A DNA stretch of 58,818 nt from an uncultured Planctomycetia bacterium (GTDB lineage: Bacteria; Planctomycetota; JAKEIC01; CAZDSO01), in assembly GCA_964508045.1 (NCBI GenBank), contig CAZDSO010000002.1:1-58818 (forward strand). Reading direction: 5' to 3'. This document shows positions 53,908 to 58,818 of the stretch, piece by piece (positions within the stretch are counted from its first letter, which is position 1; each line of letters begins with the position of its first letter). Below the pieces are notes generated by a model. It was not told the origin of the DNA. It saw nothing but the letters and a program-made list of their open reading frames with translations, and searched no databases. The position numbers and the translations under genes were made by a program.

Positions 53908-55992
53908 TCATCCCCCGGCGCCCCCTTTCCTGCGATCCAGCAGGGGGATGACCAGGGCCGTCCGGTCGGACATCAGTTCCATCGGCTCCCCGTCCACGTG
54001 AAACTCCGGAAAGGGGACGTCGATCCAGCAGGCCAGACCGCCCCCGCCCCACGTCGGAAAGGACTGGCCGAGGGCGTGGTCCAACAGGCTCGCCAGAACG
54101 AGGTCCTCCCGCGCGGGCGCCCGGGCCGGGGGGGGCGGCGAGAGAAAATCGAGCGAGGCGCCCGGCGCGACCTCGAATCCGAACGCGAAGGTCCCCTCCC
54201 GGTCCTCGGCCGTGAAGGCGGCCGCGATCTCCAGCGGGCAATCCGGGGGCGGCGTCATCACGAGCCCTCGAAGGGAGAGCGGGAGTCTGTTCCGCACGTG
54301 GAACCCTTCATCGTCCAGGAACGCCTCCACGGCGCCCTCCAGCCGGATCGTCCTCTCGGCGGTGGCGCCCGCCAGGTCCCACCGGTCCAGGGGGAGGGTG
54401 AGACGTCCGGCGCCGTCCTGTTCCAGGCGGAACGCTTTGGTCCAGAAGGGCACGGGGGGAAGATGGAAGGCCCCGTCCGGGCTCGACAGTGCGTACGTCC
54501 CCTCGGCGCCGGTCCTGAAGGAGATCAGGGAATTCGCCACGGCCCACGATTCGCCGGATCGGGTGAACACCACGTTCAGGCGTCTCGCGCGGGGGCCGCC
54601 CCGGATGACCAGTCCCGAGACGACGACGAGGAAGACGAACGCCGTCGAGACGAGCGGAACGGTGACGGAAGCGAGCGCCGGGATTCGCTTCCGGCGCAAG
54701 ACGAGGAAGTTGAGGGGTCCGACCACGGCGAGGAAGGCGAGCAGGAAAAGGGCGACGAATCCGAGGCTCGGCGCGGAGGCCAGGTCCTCCATCAGCGCCA
54801 GCAGGACCTCTTTCTCCTCGAAGGCGGTGACGTCTCTCTCGACGCCGGCGAAGATGCTGGAGAAGTAATGGCGGAAGGGAGGCATCAGGTGGGGGCGGCC
54901 GGCCCGGCGTCCGGTGGAAAGCCGGAGCCCCTCCCCGGACGTCGGTCCGGTTGCCGCGGAGGCCAGGAATTCTTGCTGCAGCGGGGTCTCGCGGCACACT
55001 CCGTGGTGGTCCAGCGCTTCGATCATGCCTCCCGCGAAGAGGACGCGGCGGAGGAACCAGATCCGGCCGGCGGTCGAGCGGGAGCCGAGGAGGTCCAGGC
55101 TCGCGGAGAGGGCGAGGACGCTTCCTGCGCCGGCGGGGGACCAGCGGGCCACGACCTCGCCGCGCCGGCTTTTCAGAAGCGGCTCGCCCCCTTCGAGCAG
55201 GTGGAGGGGTTCCCGGGGCGGGGCGGCGCCGGGTTCGAGCGCCCCGAAGGCGGTGACGGGGTGGTCCGGGAGGGTGTCCACGGGGGTGAAGGGGTGGATC
55301 TCGGCCAGGATCCCGTCCAGGAAGAGGAGGACGTCGTCTCCGGGGGAGAGGACGAGATGGCCCCCCCGCGCGGTCCAGTCCCGGATCGCGCGCCGGGAAG
55401 CGCGGCTCAGGGCCGCGGGATCCAGCCGGTGAAGGACGACGGTGTGGAAGGCGTCGAATCCTTCCGCGCGCTCGGGGAGGCTCGCCGGAGGGGCCGTGCA
55501 GGCGTTGAGGAGGTTCTCGAGGACGGTGGCGGCCTCGCAGGTCTCGTCGTCGGAGAGGAGAAGGACGGCTTTCCAGCCGGGGTTGGGGTGGAGGAAGACC
55601 CTCTGGTGGGGAGACAGGGTTTTCCCGTCCGCCGCCCGCATCACGATGGGATCGCTTCTCGAGAAGGGGGGGAGGTAGAGGAACAGGCGCTTCTCGGCGT
55701 CGCCCGCCACGCGGAAACGCGTGCTCGCGGAGGCCTGTTCCAGGTCGAGGGCTTCGGGATCGATGCCCTGCGCGGTGATCGCACCGACGTCGATGTCCGC
55801 GGCGCGTGGGGAGTCGTTCCGGGCTTCCACGAGCAGGGGGCCCCAGTAGGCGGAGGAGAGGAGGGCGGAGGGAAAGACCTCGCAACGGACGGCGGGGGAG
55901 TCTTTCTGTTCCCCGGCGGGGGCGGGGGACGGGGCCGCCAGGAGGGCGGCCAGGACCGCAAGGAGGCTGCACGCCGGGATCGGTCTCGCCAT
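53908..55992 (-). CDS. Large signal-peptide membrane protein (mirror copy)
   Basis: Mirror of 2827..4911. Confidence 0.7.
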   Translation of the reverse strand: MARPIPACSLLAVLAALLAAPSPAPAGEQKDSPAVRCEVFPSALLSSAYWGPLLVEARNDSPRAADIDVGAITAQGIDPEALDLEQASASTRFRVAGDAEKRLFLYLPPFSRSDPIVMRAADGKTLSPHQRVFLHPNPGWKAVLLLSDDETCEAATVLENLLNACTAPPASLPERAEGFDAFHTVVLHRLDPAALSRASRRAIRDWTARGGHLVLSPGDDVLLFLDGILAEIHPFTPVDTLPDHPVTAFGALEPGAAPPREPLHLLEGGEPLLKSRRGEVVARWSPAGAGSVLALSASLDLLGSRSTAGRIWFLRRVLFAGGMIEALDHHGVCRETPLQQEFLASAATGPTSGEGLRLSTGRRAGRPHLMPPFRHYFSSIFAGVERDVTAFEEKEVLLALMEDLASAPSLGFVALFLLAFLAVVGPLNFLVLRRKRIPALASVTVPLVSTAFVFLVVVSGLVIRGGPRARRLNVVFTRSGESWAVANSLISFRTGAEGTYALSSPDGAFHLPPVPFWTKAFRLEQDGAGRLTLPLDRWDLAGATAERTIRLEGAVEAFLDDEGFHVRNRLPLSLRGLVMTPPPDCPLEIAAAFTAEDREGTFAFGFEVAPGASLDFLSPPPPARAPAREDLVLASLLDHALGQSFPTWGGGGLACWIDVPFPEFHVDGEPMELMSDRTALVIPLLDRRKGGAGG

Positions 55993-56003
55993 CGGGGCAT
56001 ACG

Positions 56004-58430
56004 CTACTGGAAGTTGAAGTCGGAAGCCCGGGCGCCGCGGACGATGCCGCGGACCTGAAGCTTGAATTCGTCGGGGTTGTCCGCGGCGGAGAGCGCTTCC
56101 TCGAGGTCGATCACGCCGGCCTGGTAGAGCTGCTTCAGCGACTCGTTGAAGGTCTGGTTGCCGTAGTGGACGTCCTCCGAGATGGCGGCGTCGAGCGACT
56201 TGGTCTTCCCGGTCAGCAGGAGGTCCTTCACGGTGGGGGTGGAGAGCATGATCTCGAGGGCGGGGACGCGTCCCTGGCCGCCCTTCTTGGGCAGGAGCCT
56301 CACGGAGAGCACGCCGACCAGGACCATGGAGAGCTGCAGGCGGATGAGGTTGTGCTGGTAGGGGGGGAAGTAGGTGATGATCCTCTCCACGGTCTGCTGG
56401 GCGTTCACGGTGTGGAGGGTGGACATGACGAGGTGGCCGGTCTCGGCGGCGGAGATGGCGGCTTCCATGGTTTCCTTGTCGCGCATCTCCCCGACGAAGA
56501 TCACGTCCGGCGACTGGCGGACGGCCGATTTCAGGGCCGTCATGAAGTTGTCCGTGTCCAGGCCCACCTCCCGCTGGTCGATCACGCTCTGTTTCTCGGA
56601 GAAGACGAACTCGATGGGGTCCTCGATGGTGACGATGTGCCGGTTCGAGGTCTGGTTGATGTGTTCGAGCATGCCCGCGATCGTCGTGGATTTTCCGCTG
56701 CCCGCCACGCCCGTCACCAGCACGAGGCCCCGCTGGTGCGCCGAGATCTTCATCAGCGTCCGCCCGGGCAGGTTGAGTTCCTCGAACGTGGGGACGCGCT
56801 CCTTGATGTAGCGGAACACCCCCCCCATGCGGCCGCGCTGGTGGAAGAAATTGGCGCGGAAGCGCCCGATGTCCTCCAGCTCGATCGCCAGATCCACGCC
56901 CTTGCACTTGCGGAAGAGCGCGTCGTAGGCCTTTCCCGACAGGGCCTCGGCGAGACCGACGCAGAACGCCTGGTTGAGCGTGTTCCCCGAGATGAACTCC
57001 ACGCGACCGTCCACCCGCATGGCCGGACGCGCCCCCGCCGACAGGAACAGGTCCGACGCCCCCTTTTCCACCATGAGCTCGAAAAAGGGGCGGTAGTCCT
57101 GCTCGCGCGCCTTGCGACCCCCGCCCGCGATCCCCGCGGCCTGGCGCATGGCCTCCACGTAGGAGGGGTCCTCCCCGAGGACCTCCTCCTCCAGCTCGGC
57201 GATCCGGCCCTCCAGCCGCTTCAACCTCTCCTTGAAGGCGGCGGACGCGTCCTCCGAGGGGGCGGCCGGAGACGGCTCCGCGGCCGGCTGAGAGGGCTGC
57301 CCCGGGGCCGGGGGGGAGACGGCGCCCCGCGCCGCGAACTTCGTCGTGGCGGTCTTGAAGATGTCGGAGATCCGCCCCTTGGAGGAGACGGGTGAGCGCC
57401 CGGCGCCCGGCGGGGCGGGCGCCGCCCTGCTTGCGCCCTTCTCCGCCCCCTCCAGGGCCCGGACGAGGGCGCCCGCCGCCGCCATCTGGAGCGGCTCCCG
57501 CGAGACGAACACCTTCTCCAGCGGGAAGGGCATCTTCACCTTCTTGAAGCCCTTTTCCAGCTTGGCCGGAAAACCGGGGATCCGCACGCAGCTGCCCGAC
57601 ACCACCATCCGCACCGGGCCCTCGGGTTCCCAGCGGCTTTTCATGATCTGGGCCACCACCTGCTGCAGCGTGTAGTGGATCTGGTGCTCGAAGTAGATCT
57701 CCAGCGCCGCCTGCAGGGGATGGGAGAGGTCCACGCGAGTGAGGTCCAGCGACGCCTCCCGGAGGTGCCGGACCCGGTCGACGGGGACCTCCTTCATCTT
57801 CGCCACGGACGCGTCGATCCAGTCGCTTCCCCTGAGCAGGCTGAACTGGATCGTCTTGCGGCGGTCCCGGGCGCAGATGTCGACGGCCATCTCCCCGAAG
57901 ACGATGCTGAGGGCCGCCCCGGCCGTCGCGGCGTCCCGCCGCCGCCAGAACTCGCCGGCCAGGGCCGCCTCGGCGCGCCCCACCGTGACCGGCCGGTACC
58001 CGAAGCCGGCGAGAAGCTCGCTCCAGAACTTCGCGATGCCCGCGATGTCGAGCTGGCCGTCCATCGGCGCCCCGTGGACGGTGTAGGCGACCGTCTCGCC
58101 CCGTTCGCCGGGGGCGCCCAGCACGGCGGAGAGGATGGTGGAGAGGAGCTTCCTCTCATCGTTGCCGGGAAGGCCCTGACGGAAGGGCGAGCGAAGCTGG
58201 TCCGTTCTCTTGAGGGTGCGCGCGATCCGGATGGCGTCCTCGCCGAACACGAAACGCGCCGAGCCGATCTTGAGCGTGTACAGGCCCAGCGAGGTGATCT
58301 GCCGCTCGGCTTCGTCGCCGGAGGGGATCTTCAGGTAGGTCGTGCGCTCCGGCGTGTAGACCACCTCTCCCCCGCGCCGGTCCGCGCCGACGATGAAACC
58401 TTCCCCGGCGTCCAGGCCTTTGGCGCACAT
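56004..58430 (-). CDS. Actin-fold + PilT-type ATPase fusion (mirror copy)
   Basis: Mirror of 389..2815; identical protein. Confidence 0.85.
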   Translation of the reverse strand: MCAKGLDAGEGFIVGADRRGGEVVYTPERTTYLKIPSGDEAERQITSLGLYTLKIGSARFVFGEDAIRIARTLKRTDQLRSPFRQGLPGNDERKLLSTILSAVLGAPGERGETVAYTVHGAPMDGQLDIAGIAKFWSELLAGFGYRPVTVGRAEAALAGEFWRRRDAATAGAALSIVFGEMAVDICARDRRKTIQFSLLRGSDWIDASVAKMKEVPVDRVRHLREASLDLTRVDLSHPLQAALEIYFEHQIHYTLQQVVAQIMKSRWEPEGPVRMVVSGSCVRIPGFPAKLEKGFKKVKMPFPLEKVFVSREPLQMAAAGALVRALEGAEKGASRAAPAPPGAGRSPVSSKGRISDIFKTATTKFAARGAVSPPAPGQPSQPAAEPSPAAPSEDASAAFKERLKRLEGRIAELEEEVLGEDPSYVEAMRQAAGIAGGGRKAREQDYRPFFELMVEKGASDLFLSAGARPAMRVDGRVEFISGNTLNQAFCVGLAEALSGKAYDALFRKCKGVDLAIELEDIGRFRANFFHQRGRMGGVFRYIKERVPTFEELNLPGRTLMKISAHQRGLVLVTGVAGSGKSTTIAGMLEHINQTSNRHIVTIEDPIEFVFSEKQSVIDQREVGLDTDNFMTALKSAVRQSPDVIFVGEMRDKETMEAAISAAETGHLVMSTLHTVNAQQTVERIITYFPPYQHNLIRLQLSMVLVGVLSVRLLPKKGGQGRVPALEIMLSTPTVKDLLLTGKTKSLDAAISEDVHYGNQTFNESLKQLYQAGVIDLEEALSAADNPDEFKLQVRGIVRGARASDFNFQ

Positions 58431-58615
58431 GGCTCCTCCTGAAGCCGGGCCGACGGGGAAACGAGGGCGCCCCTTGCGCCGGTTCCCCTTCCGGCCGACC
58501 TGCTCGGGTCTCCCGGGGCCCCGGGCATGGTAAACGACAGCGGGGCGTCAAGCAATACGAAGGACCGGGCCGCTCGCGCCGCAAGGAAGTCGCCGCCGGG
58601 GAGGGCGGCGGAGAC

Positions 58616-58818
58616 CTACTCCCCGTCCTCCTCCTCCGCGCGTTCGCGGACGATGCCGGGGGCGTGCTCGATTTCCGCCTCGATCTTGAAGGTGACCTTG
58701 GTCTTTCGCACCTGGCGGTTCATGGGGTTTTCCGTCTCCTGGACGGTGACCTGTTCCAGGGACCTCGCCGAGAAGAGGATCCTTCCGTTCGCGAGATCCA
58801 CGAGGCCCTCCTCGTTTC
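58616..58818 (-). CDS. 3' end of unidentified gene (mirror copy, open at window edge)
   Basis: Mirror of 1..203. Confidence 0.45.
   Translation of the reverse strand, partial: NEEGLVDLANGRILFSARSLEQVTVQETENPMNRQVRKTKVTFKIEAEIEHAPGIVRERAEEEDGE

Larger units (their letters stand above)
29410..58818. repeat. Right arm of the perfect inverted repeat (reverse complement of 1..29409)
   Basis: Same evidence as the left arm. There is no spacer between the arms. Confidence 0.97.

Noticed and set aside
1-58818. The inverted arms interpreted as terminal inverted repeats of a transposon, composite element or invertible segment.
   Set aside because: The arms abut with no intervening unique segment. They consist of housekeeping genes (tig, clpPX, rph, rsgA). 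No transposase, integrase, recombinase or invertase gene is present.

Overview
The 58,818-bp window is a single perfect, spacer-less palindrome. Bases 1..29409 are the exact reverse complement of 29410..58818, and coordinate x maps to 58819-x. Every ORF in the track has an identical twin on the opposite strand, and the first ~34 nt are the reverse complement of the last ~34 nt. The window therefore holds only ~29.4 kb of unique sequence, shown twice head-to-head. The symmetry axis (CCGGGGCTTT|AAAGCCCCGG) cuts a UDP-sugar pyrophosphorylase-like gene after 48 codons. That favours a fold-back chimera from library preparation or assembly. Read-through of a hairpin end, or a genuine palindromic duplication, are less likely alternatives. 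The unique arm looks like ordinary chromosome from a very GC-rich diderm bacterium, probably a metagenome-derived lineage; I cannot assign taxonomy from sequence alone. Gene order in the arm: (1) an operon of an unusual actin-fold + PilT-type ATPase fusion, a large signal-peptide membrane protein, an ABC ATPase and an ABC-2 permease; (2) a minus-strand run tig-clpP-clpP-clpX-lipoprotein-rph-rdgB-lipoprotein, in which the two lipoproteins are paralogs of an unrecognised family; (3) a TatD + radical-SAM fusion; (4) an M50 site-2 protease; (5) an S11 D-Ala-D-Ala carboxypeptidase with a peptidoglycan-binding domain; (6) an OMP-like protein; (7) a small DUF2007-like zinc-ribbon protein; (8) a YtcJ-like amidohydrolase; (9) vapBC; (10) a 1375-aa HEAT-repeat/beta-propeller lipoprotein; (11) rsgA. 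I found no rRNA, tRNA, CRISPR array, transposase or integrase. The many long overlapping ORFs rich in R/P/G/A are high-GC shadow frames. All calls rest on motif recognition by eye; no searches were run.
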